64,000 nucleotides of DNA from positions 5,146,001 to 5,210,000 of the forward strand of contig CM060734.1 of the NCBI GenBank assembly GCA_030704615.1. The letters are read 5' to 3'. The DNA comes from Takakia lepidozioides (taxonomy: Eukaryota > Plantae > Bryophyta). The number at the start of each line of letters is the position of its first letter. The first letter of the stretch is position 1. The translations under genes and the position numbers were made by a program. Below are positions 12,876 to 23,812 of this stretch, piece after piece. The notes beneath the pieces were generated by a model. It made no database searches, had not been told where the DNA came from, and worked only from the letters and a program-made list of their open reading frames with translations.

Positions 12876-14141
12876 CGGGCACGGTTAGTGCGGCATGCCT
12901 ATGAGGAGTTGGGGCATTTTGGGGTGCGACGCACTCATAGTCTACTTCAGGGGCAGTATTGGTGGCGTGGTATGCACACAGAGGTGCAACAATTTGTGGC
13001 TAGGTGCATGGTGTGTGACAGGGTACGTGCTTCATTCAACGCCCCTACTCCACAATTGCACCCTCTTCCGATCATGGGATTGGGCTACAGGTGGAGTCTT
13101 GACTTCGCAGGGCCGTTGCCACTGACCATGCGCCACAACAAGTACGTGTTGGTGATGGTGGAGCACTTTTCCAAGTGGATTGAATTGGTTCCATTGCCTG
13201 ATAAGGCTAGTGAGGGAGCTGCGTATGCATTCTTGGATTGTGTGCTTAGCCGATTCGGTGCTCCAGCTGAGGTACTCACGGACCAAGGGAGAGAGTTCTT
13301 GGGGGAGTTTCAGGCTTTGTGTGACAAGGCCTTGATAGACCACCGCACCACTTCTCGGGATCATCCTGAGGCCGATGGCTTGGCAGAGAGAGTTGTTCAG
13401 ACAGTCAAGAGGGGTTTGCGCAAGTATGGCTTGCAGAAGGGACACCTAGGAGATTAGGACCTTCAGTTACCCTGGTTAGCCATGGGCTACAGGTTCAGCA
13501 AGCAAGCATCACTTGCCTCCTTCTCACCATACTTTCTTCTCTTTGGCCGAGAGCCAGATTTGCCTACATCCATTCGCAGAGAAGTTGCTACAGTTCTTAA
13601 CCTTGACGATCCGGACGTGTGGGCACGTGCATGTGAGCAGCGTGCAGAGTTGTTCAAGAAAGTCATGCCCATGGCTTTCGAGAACCTTGCCATTGCACAA
13701 CATCGTGATACGTTGAGGTATGCTACCATACGTGGTGGGGGCTATCGTCCTGGGGTTCGGAGATTCAACCCTGGCGACTATGTCTATCTGCAGCAGACTG
13801 CTCCTACGACATTGGATGTGACTGCAGGACGTGTTATTTTGAGGGTTCGAGAGGTTTTGCCCTCAGGCGTCTTGGTCTTGGAGGGTCGGGATGACATAAC
13901 TTGGAAGGACCATGTGCGTAATTGTGCGCCATGTCACCTTCTGAATGTCGATGGCAGGAATGACCCAAACCTGGCAGTGGTATCTGCAAGTTTGAAATGC
14001 ATGTTGTGTGGGTCTGCTAGAGGGGCAGCCACCATGTTGGTGTGTGATCGATGCTCTAGAGGTTGGCATATGGGATGCTTGACTCCACCTCTTGAGATGG
14101 TTCCTGATGGGGATTGGTTATGTCCGTATTGCATTGGATAG
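12876..14141 (+). pseudogene. Integrase with C-terminal PHD finger
   Basis: Zinc-binding GHFG...CxxC, DDE core (WSLDFAG, TDQG, AER), and C4HC3 PHD CMLC..CDRC..H..C..CPYC at about 13998-14135. Stop at 13455-13457. Confidence 0.92.
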
Positions 14142-14395
14142 TGGGAGTGGATACAACCATGGAAGGCTAACAAGAAATGCAAGGCCAAGCTACTAGGAGA
14201 CACACACGAGATCCTGACTCAAGTTCACAGATTGCAAGACGGCGACTAACGATGGGGTTGCTCTTGTACCCGACCTCTTGGTCTATAGAGTTTGAGTACA
14301 ATAGGGACAGTGATAGAGGACTTAGTACGGCTGTGGCTATTACATCTTGTAGCTATCTGGAGTTAGAGAGACCTAACCACCAGCTAGGGGGGTGA

Positions 14396-14992
14396 TTGTG
14401 GTATAGCTTTCTAGGATTGTGTGCTTAGATTGTATGGTGGACAGCGATGTATGTTGTGGCACGATGCTTAGGTGCACGACAGCTGTCATGGTTTTAGTCA
14501 TGGTTATCTAGAATTACCTACTTCTAGTTAACTAGGACATTAAAGATATTTATATTTATATTTTGTGTGTTGGGACTTCATTTGGTCTCACATGCCAAGT
14601 GAGGTGTCGAGCCTCACTTGAGACATAGAGATAGGTTTTCCCCTTGTGAGTGTTGAGGAGGCTCATCTTCTTGTAGTTGAGCCTCCATGAGCTTCTCTCA
14701 CCTCCATAGCTCTAGGTATTGAGAGGGAGTGTGTTGAGGGCTTTGTAGGGTGGATTCCCTTAGCAAAGGTGCCCTTGGCTTGACTTAGTTTATGTGATAG
14801 AGTGGATTTCACTTGGAAGGACTAGGGCTTGTTCTTCATGTGATTGCTTCATGCTTTGAGAGCTTTCATTGTCTTCTACTTCTCTCATTTCTCATCTCTT
14901 ATCATTGTGGTATAGCTTTCTAGGATTGTGTGCTTAGATTGTGTGGTGGACAACAATGCATGTTGTGGCACGATGCTTAGGTGCACGACAGC
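14396..14992 (+). repeat. 3' terminal repeat block B1 (14396-14483), A2 (14484-14904), B2 (14905-14992)
   Basis: An 88-bp segment (4 mismatches between copies) flanks both sides of the second 421-bp repeat. Confidence 0.88.
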
Positions 14993-15270
14993 TTGCAAAG
15001 ACATCTTGGCCAAGCTATTTGAATATGTCCCACGTGGCTTGGATGATACTGCGTTGCGAAACACAGTAGGTACAATTATGAAGTCACGACGGCATGACTT
15101 GCACAAGGAATGGCAGAAAGGTGGGGGGGAACCCATGGACATGTCTGATGAGCATTGGAAGAGCCTCACCTCCTATTGGAGTATAGAACAGTACTCCAAA
15201 GTGCAGACCCACTTGAAGACAGCAAATGCCTGCATTCAAAATCACACCAAAACGGGCCAGGGACCTTGTA
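14993..15270 (+). pseudogene. CACTA TnpA-like fragment, 3' part
   Basis: PMDMSDEHWKSLTSYW...HTKTGQG pattern; apparent continuation of 4234-4557. Confidence 0.55.
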
Positions 15271-15540
15271 CTCAATGTATCAATGACATTCCTTGGATAT
15301 CTTTTCCAATTTTGTTTATCTGGCCACAAGAGTGTAGACTACCGTCCTTCACGTTTGCAATATCCTTGTGGTCATTAGACTCTGCATCCAGTGGGAGACC
15401 ATTGCAGTGAGGGATTTACTTCAGTTTATTGCCAAGGGTAGGTACATAAAGTACTAATAAGATCATCTGTTTGGCATAGCCTTTTGGGTAGGTAGGTAGA
15501 GAGAAAGAAATTGAAATGTGTGTGTGTGTATGTATGTTGT

Positions 15541-17340
15541 TGTTGAGCGGTTTTTACTCACCCATCCCTTAGCTATCCGAGGTGGAAACTCCAAGATAGA
15601 AGAGTTGGATATCTCTAAGCACTCAGCCCGCTCAGAACAATCAGTCATGACCTGCAGCTAATGTATCATGGGGGTGTTCTTCCTTCCTCTACCTCGATTA
15701 CCTTCATATTGTGATACTCAAGCCCTGATGGCTTGAGGTTTTGTTACTGGTTGCTTATACAACCTTCTGGTTCATTTCATTAACTCTATCTAAGCATTTC
15801 CACAGCTTCACTCAGAACTCTCTACACAGAGTGAATATGAAATAAGAATCATATTAATGCCTATCAAGTATCAGGCCAAAGTCATGGTGTCTCTATTCTT
15901 CCCTACAGTACATCTCTACAGCTTGCATGTATCAAGCATCAACAGATCATCTCTCCTCCACCGTGTGCTCTCCATCCCCATGCTCAAGATCGTGCTCCTC
16001 TCCCTGATGCCAGAAGTGCTCCAAGAAGTCATCCCCTCCATGTAGCAACTCTGCATAATGTATCTGCAAGCTGTTCTAACCGCCTAACTAACTAACTGCC
16101 AGCCAAGACAGTGGTAAGTACTGTCGTTCCTTTTGCTGTTGGCGTTCCCACACACTCGTTCCCTGTCAGTGATAACCGCTCCCTGTGTCAAGCTGTGCCC
16201 TGTGTGACGCTGTGATGGGCTATGCCAAGCTGTGTCGGGCTATGACTGGCCGTGTCAGACTGTGACTGGCTATGTCAGCTGTGTGCTGTGTCAGACCGTG
16301 TTAGGCTGTGTCGGGCTGTGTCAGACTGTGTCGGGTTGTGTCGGGCTGTGACTGACTGTGACTGTACCTGACTATGGCTAACTGTGATAGGCTGTGATAG
16401 GCTGTGTAAGCCTGTGACTGCTGGCTGTGGAGCCTGTTACCACCCCTAAGGCCTGTGTCTGTCACCCCTAAGGTCTGTGTTGGTCTGAGTCTACCACCCT
16501 TAAGTCTGCACAAAATTAAGGGTACCCCACAGAACCCGTAAAACTGTCTAAGTCCCAGACAGCCCTCTAATATTATCCCTCCCCCTTTCAAAAAGTTGTG
16601 CCCTCACGGTTTACTGCAAGTAGGAACAGCAAACCACTGTGAACGAGCACCCTTTTGCTAGTGAGAGTCCCTTGGAGGGCTCTGTGTATGAGCCCGAGCC
16701 GTGTTTTTGGCTGGTGGGGATGACTGTCGACTAGATGGAGCTTACTGCCCTGCCTTTGGCTGATATGGAGGCAATTTCTCAGGCATAGGAGATCCCTGTC
16801 ATTTCTTCTCCGCCATTTGTAGCTCATAATCCTCAGCCATGTCAAAATTTCCCTCCAAAGAACCAGTGGTATTCGAATCATCTTCCCACCGTTGGCCGTG
16901 CTGTTTCTTGACCTTCTGTGGCTTCTCAGGAAGCTTGACTGGCATACAATGGATGCCCACCATGTCCGGAACCTTATATTGTAAGACTTGAGCCAGCCTC
17001 TTGCGAGCAAGATTAGTATATGTCTGCAGCTCATCATCTGTAAAGCAGAGTGGTGTGCCTATCACCTTTGAAAAGTGCAGCCATTTCCTGGCCTCATGCC
17101 CCTGGGAAAAATGTGGTCAAAGTCCAGGTTCTCCTTGGCCAAGTGCTCCAGAGCAAAAGGAAACCAATAACGGAGTTTTGGATCCCTTTGAAGCATGACC
17201 CTCACATCATACAGATACGTGTGTGGTGGAACTGGAGGTTACATCCAGTGCTCCCCACTGGAATAAGTCTGAAACCTCATCTGCATCTTCTGCTGCTCAG
17301 TGTGGTAGCGTAAAACAAAGCAAGCAGCATAATACATCCC
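15541..17340 (-). mobile_element. Truncated Gypsy copy: 3' LTR (15541-16572), PPT and end of the extra ORF
   Basis: Homologous to 22730-24400. PPT read on plus strand as ttatccctccccc at about 16573. Contains an internal ctgtg-rich minisatellite at about 16190-16430. Confidence 0.85.
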
Positions 17341-19133
17341 ATAGCGGCCTGCCACCTCCATAAGTAGGAGGAGGTGGGCGATATGAAGGAGGAGCATAAG
17401 GGCCATACTGGCCAGCTGCATAATTGTGTTGGGGGGCCGGTGCGTACTGACCCTCCACATTGCCAGTGGGTGGATGCTGGTTGGGAGCCGGGTACTAAGG
17501 CATGGCGCGATATTGAGAGCCTGGTACTGGTGGCTGAGTATGGAAAACCTGGGGGGATTGAGGGCCGACTCCTATGGCACTTTTCTGCTTCTATTTTTGC
17601 TTGCCCTGGGTTTCCATACATGAAACACAATGCCAAGTAAATCCAACTACAATGACCACACCATATCATGACATAAAGGTGTCATAAAGTATAAACAGTA
17701 CGCATGATTTGTACAGGTCTGATTACCCAAAAATCAGACAGATCTTGGCTAGAAAATCGGCCAAATTGGACTGGCTTCAATGATGTGCGCCCAAGACTTT
17801 TCCGACCCCTTTTATGTATGGGTTTTGCCTGAAATCCATACCAAACATGCAGTAGGGAGGGGCATACCTAAAATGTGCTCAACATACGAGACCTACTGCT
17901 TACAAAGTTGTAAATAGTGCTATGGAATATGGGGGCCACATACACATGGGCAATGGTGCAGCTCCTCCACTCAGAAAATGGACAGACATAAATGCACAAG
18001 CTGAATCTAGACAGAGAATGTACTTATGACAGCACACCCCCTTCGAAACCAAACATGCAAATGAGGGACAGACCTACAAAGCACGGAAGAGACAGAACAG
18101 AAAGAAGAAGAATATTGACATGCAATTAAATCTGCCAAGTATTTAGACAATCCCTCCCCGGATCATGGCCCCTAATGAAGTCCGCATGATACTATTGAAC
18201 ACTCATGAGGTTGTGCTCACCTTCGGAATAAGTGGTGAGAGACTACAAATATGCCCAGAAAATGCACTCACAGATGGAGACGGTGTGCCTGCACCACGTT
18301 TTTTCCTTGCGTGCGCCACTATGCCTGCATGTGCGTCCTCCGTCATGGAGTCGGCTGAATCCCCAGTCCCTTCCTGTACTGCGACCTTTCGTGTGGGAGG
18401 TAAGGATCGTCATCGTCTATGTCAAAAATTACTTTGGGCTTGGCAGTTGTACGAGTCATGGTGACGAGTCGGGCACTTTGTCTTGCCGGACCTTTGATAG
18501 GAGCTCCACGAGACCATGCCTTCCGACACGGTTTCACACCCGTAACCCTGCAAAAATACTTCCATTGCGGCCCACAGGTTACTTGACTATCTCCCCTCTT
18601 AAACGACTAACACAAGACAAATGCAGCTCATACCCTAATGTTCATAAAGGAGCTAGAAAACGATGAAGTGCCTTACCGCTGTCCCAATGGCTGCCCGTCA
18701 AATACGGTTCACTCCCGCCTACTACTATGAATGCACTCCTATACCTAAACTACACTCAACTTGCATTTTTCAAGCCTTTTCTACATTCACACCAACAGGG
18801 CCGCCTCTCGATTACACCTCATCTACCGTGCAAATGGGAAGAGATCACACTGTTAGCCATGCATGCATTGTCAAAGGATTGGGTCAAGTGCTGAATTGTT
18901 CGATCCTTACATTTCGAAGTCCTGCTTCAACTTCGCCATGGCATCCTCACGATGGCAATGTTAGCCTCACGTAGCTTCTCGTACCTAGTGAGAGGAGCAA
19001 TGACAACCTTGGACTTCACCATGAATGATCACACAGCTCACTAGCACACACCGCAAGAGGTAGATATATTGTAGAGAGAGCACTGAGGACACAAAGTTGC
19101 AGAGGCTCTACAGGGCATTGCATACTACGACCT

Positions 19134-19365
19134 ATGAATGTTCAACGTCTGTTCGGCCGTCATGGTGCATATGAGCCACGCATGCGATTACGAGATGACA
19201 GACTATGGTGACTCGAGGAGGCGTACGCCATATCAAATGGGAACAAGAAAATGCTTTGCAATTGCACTAAATGTCATGGATCCAAATGGCAGTTGTTGGA
19301 GACAGTGAAGAAGCACTACCTCAAACATAAGAGGGATCCAACTCTGCGCAGCTGTACTATTCCGG
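19134..19365 (+). pseudogene. Possible CACTA TnpD N-terminal transposase-associated domain remnant
   Basis: Hand translation gives KKMLCNCTKCHG...ETVKKHYLKH (CxCxxC...H pattern) with an upstream stop. Confidence 0.45.
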
Positions 19366-19684
19366 TACATCCACAGGAAGTACACTGTCCTTCAGGACTT
19401 AGCGATCTCCAAGTTTGAATTTTGAGACCATTTTGGTGTGGTAGTAATAGCCATGACTTCACCACTCCACATGTCGAAAGTTGATTGGCGAGTTGTAGTC
19501 ATGTAGTAGTGTCTATGACTACCCTTTATACACATGTCGATATGTCGTTGGCTAGTTGTAGTCGTGTAGTCATAAACACATATAGGAATACGACTACGTC
19601 ACTAGAACTATCTGCCATGTGTCACAATGTTGCTCAAATCGAAGTGATGTAGTGATAGCCGTGACTACATTTGTCCACATGTCG

Positions 19685-22600
19685 ATGCAAACGTCCAGGT
19701 TTGTAAACAACTTCAAATTCAAACTCATGCAGTATAATCAGCCATCTTGCTATCCTCCACTTATCAAAGGCTTGTTCACCAAATAAATCAGAGCTTGATG
19801 ATCCACATAAAACATAAACTTCCTTCCCAGCAAATAATGCCTGAACTTCTTGACTGAATAAATCATTGCCAAAGCTTCTCTTTCGGTGGTGCTATAGTTC
19901 CTTTCAGCTCTGTTCAACAGTCTGCTAGCATAATACACAGGTGAATCTATGTTTCCTGTGACATTTTGGGCTAACACGACCCCCAATGCTTCTCCTGAGG
20001 CATCACAATGTACATGAAATACCATATGTCAATGTGGGTTAATCAGCACAGATGCAGTTGTTACTGACAATGTGAGTTCCTCCAAGGCGTGTTGGCACTC
20101 AGCTGTCCATGCAAACCCTGCATCCTTCTTCAAGAGCTTGCTCAATGGTGCTGCCTTCTGTGCATATCGTCTGACAAACCTTCTGTAATAACTGGTTTGT
20201 CCAAGGAACCTCCTTAGAACCTTAACATTACTTGGTGGTGGTGAGGCCTTAATAGCCTCTGTCTTTCTAGGATCTACTAGCAGCCCTTTTCCGACACACA
20301 ATGTGTCCCAAAAAAACTCTCGAGTTCACACAGAAAGTACACTTTTCTGGATTCAGCCCAAGACCTCTCATCCTGCATCTGGCCAAACATAATTCCAATT
20401 TCTACAAGTGCTCATTCTTAGAGCTATAAACACTGAAGTCATCTAAGAACACTTGCATAAAATCATCCAAGTACTCATGGAAAGATTCACTAATCACTCT
20501 CTAGAAAGTTGCTGGTGCATTACATAGTCCAAAAGGCATGACTTTGTATGCATAAGCACCCCAGTCTGTGATGAAAGCAATCTTTCCCTAGTCTTCTTCA
20601 GCTACTTGTACTTGGTTATACCCACTAAAGCCATCCATGAATGAGTACATCTGATGGCCAGCTACAGTATCTAGTACAGCTTCTGTGAATGGCAAAGGAA
20701 ATGGATCCTTCTTTGTGCAATCATTTAGCTTCTTGTAGTTCATACAAACTCTCAGTTTGCCATTCTTCTTGGGAACTATCACGATAGGTGATAGCCAAGT
20801 GGTGTACTCTATCGGGTATATAAACTTAGAATCAGCCAGTTTCTTGATCTCCTCTCCCACCTTCTGTGCATTTAATTAGGATTCATTCTGTACCGTGCTT
20901 GCTTAACTGGTACAGAATCAGGTTCCAACTCAATCTTATGTTGGCTCTCAGGTGGTATCCCTTTCAAGTCTTCGTAACCCCATGCAAATACATCTTTGTA
21001 TTTTATGAACAAACTCTTGGCTTCCTCAAAGAATTCAGGTTCCAAGTCTGCTCCTATTTTAACCATTCTTGGTTCTTCCTCAGTTCCCACATTCACTTCT
21101 CTCACCTGCTCTTCAGCTGTAATTGTCCATCCAGCCACTACTTCATCCTGCAAACTCACAGCGGCTGGTTTCTCTAGGATTTCTATTTCTCCCTCTCTTT
21201 CTTCATAGAAATGTGGTGGGTAACTGCTTGTTTCCTCCTCAATTGGTGTTGCTGTTACTACACCACAACATATACCTTTGAAACAACTTAGTCCTCCCAG
21301 TTGCATTTCTACAACCTGCTCCCACTCTGGGTGTGCAGCAAACAGAGTAGTCTCCTGCTCTTCATCAAGTCTTCCCCTCCAGTCATATTCTCTGACTCCA
21401 CGAGGTCTTCTGGCCACAACTGCAGTTGAGGAGCAAGGCTCTTCACAAGGTGAAGGAGGTTTAGAGTGGCAGCACCAGTCCAAGAGATAGAAGAGGGACG
21501 CTACTGTAATGGCGGATCCACTGGCCGCAAGGAACCCTCACGATGATGTTTCCATAGCTCCTGCACAGGATGGGGTGCAGCGGCACAATAGACTGTTATT
21601 ACTGGAAGCACGGCCATTAGAGAGGGAGGAAGAAGTCACCTCAGTACCACGGCCAGCACAGCAAGCTGACCAGGTTGCCCCAGTGGTAACTCAGACCGGA
21701 CATGCTGTTACACCGGAGCCTCTTATTGTGGAGAGAGAGGGGTTGGACATCCCCACTACAGAGCAAGTAGTGGCAGAAATTGAGAAGGGCGACCTTCTCT
21801 ATGAAAACTCTAGCATGGTCGGAGAACCCATAGTACCAAAGATGCAGAGTCTGCCCAAGGAAATCCCTGCTGTGCATGTTATGCCCAAACCTGGTAGTCT
21901 ACCTGATTTCTTAGTTGAAATCTGTATCTTGTGCTTTTCCTTGCGCACATTTAGAATCTGAGTATTCCAGTCATGGAATACCTTGGCCTGTTTCAGCCAT
22001 GGTCGTCCTAACAGCAAGGAATTTTCAATATAGTCACAGTGATCTTAAAGACCAACTTCTGAATCTGTATTCTTACTCCTCTTATCAAGCCTAATGGCTG
22101 TACAATTCTTTGATCTGCCATTGTTACTGTGAATGGGGCTGGTTTCATGTTACTCATACCAAGCTTCTGCCTTAATTGGTCTGTCATGATATTCACTCCT
22201 GAGCCTCCATCTATCAGTACATCAGTCAGGTCTGTGCTTCTAATTCTCAATAGGATTACTGGTGGAATCATCAAAGTCCATGACAATTTCTTGCCCTTCA
22301 GGCTTTACATTATAACTTGTCACCTTGTTGTTCAGGTCTGTATTCTCTGTCACATGAGCAATCTGATTGATTGCTTGATACAACCTGTGTCTACAATGGG
22401 GTGCCACAGGCAATAGCTGCCCAATTGTAATTTCTGCTTTAGACTGGCATATTACTTCAGCCAAAGCCCCTTTATTATCTTGAACCTGTGAAGCATCTTG
22501 CTTCACTTCATCTGCACCTTCATCATTTTCTTCTTCAGAGTCTGTTGACTCTGCTATAGGGATATCTGTCTCCTTCTGCATTTCCCTTATAGCTTCTATC

Positions 22601-22729
22601 ACTTCCTTGTGCAGTTCCTTCTCATCTCTCCATGCCTCATCATCTTCAGGCACATCACTATCATCTTCATTCACATCTTCCTCCTCTTGCACTGGAGGTA
22701 GCAGTTTAGCCTTGCTTTTGGTAACTATC
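19685..22729 (-). pseudogene. Gypsy gag C-terminus, PR, RT and RNase H fragment (second copy of the 40.4-43.2 kb pol)
   Basis: LIDGGSG protease, SFMDGFSGY, FLDD, and RNase H CDAS...ERNYSTTERE. Closely similar to 40730-43240. Confidence 0.9.
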
Positions 22730-23642
22730 TGTCGAGCGGCTTTACTCACCCATCCCTTCGCTATCCGAGGTGGAAACTCCAAGATAGAAGAATTGGATAT
22801 CTCTAAGTACTCCTCCCGCTCAGAACAATCAGTCATGACCTACAACTAGTGTATCATGGGGGTGCTTCCTATTTGTATTCCTTCTCGCATTCATGTTAGC
22901 AAGTTACCTTACTGTCTATGATTAAGTATCAGATTGCTTCTGCAATCTACCACGTTCCATCTAGTCAAGCATTCATTCCACAGCTTCACTCATATCTCTC
23001 TACACGGTGTGAGTATGAAATAGGAATCATATTCATATCTATCATGTATCAGGCCGAAGCCACGGTGTCTCTAATCTGCTCTATAGTGCATCTCTACAGC
23101 TTGCATGAATCAAGCATCATCTTGTCGTATCTCCTCCTCTGTGTAATCTCCATCCCTGTGCTCCAAGATCGTGCTCTCCGCCTGATCTCCTCAAGTGATG
23201 TCCAAGAACTGATCTCAGAAGTGACCCCCTCCATGTCGCTACTCTGCCTATTCTACCTGCAAGTTGTTCTACCCGCCTAACTAACTAACTGTCATCCAAG
23301 ACAGAATGCACGTTCCCTCTGCAGATGTCGTTGCCACACAGTCGTTCCTTGCCAATGATAACCGTTCCCTGTGAACGCTGTGACGGGCTGTGCCAAGCTG
23401 TGTCGGGCTGTGACTGTGCCGAGCTGTGACTGGCCGTGTCAGACTGTGTCGAGCTGTGTCGGGCTGTGATAGACTGTGATAGGCTGTGACTGATTGTGTA
23501 AGCCTGTCTACCACCCCTAAGGCCTGTGTTTGTCACCCCTAAGGTCTGTATTAGTCTGAATCTACCACCGTAGGTCTGCGCAAAATTAAGGGTACCCCAT
23601 AGAACCCGTAAAACTGTTTAAGTCCCAGACAACCCTCTAACA
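22730..23642 (-). repeat. 3' LTR (TG...CA, 913 bp)
   Basis: tgtcgagc...ctctaaca lies next to the PPT and is paralogous to 15541-16572. Confidence 0.85.
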
Positions 23643-23812
23643 TTATCCCTCCCCCTCTCAAAAAGCCGTGTCCTCACGGTTTACTGTTTAGGATCAGCAA
23701 ACCTTTGTGAACGAGCACCCTTCTGCCGGTGAGAGTCCCTCGGAGGGCTCTGTGTGTGAGCCCGAGCCATGTCGCTGGCTGGTGGGAATGACTGTCGACT
23801 AGATGGATTTGA

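Larger units (their letters stand above)
4558..14992 (+). mobile_element. Ty3/Gypsy LTR retrotransposon carrying a C5 DNA methyltransferase and a PHD-finger integrase (defective)
   Basis: 421-bp direct repeats at 4558-4978 and 14484-14904. Domain order gag(CCHC)-PR-DNMT-RT-INT-PHD. Polypurine tract at about 14386-14395. GCTT flanks both ends (4554-4557 and 14991-14994). Confidence 0.9.

Noticed and set aside
4558-14992. DIRS/Ngaro tyrosine-recombinase retroelement
   Set aside because: No tyrosine recombinase motifs were seen. It has a protease, a Gypsy RT and a DDE integrase.
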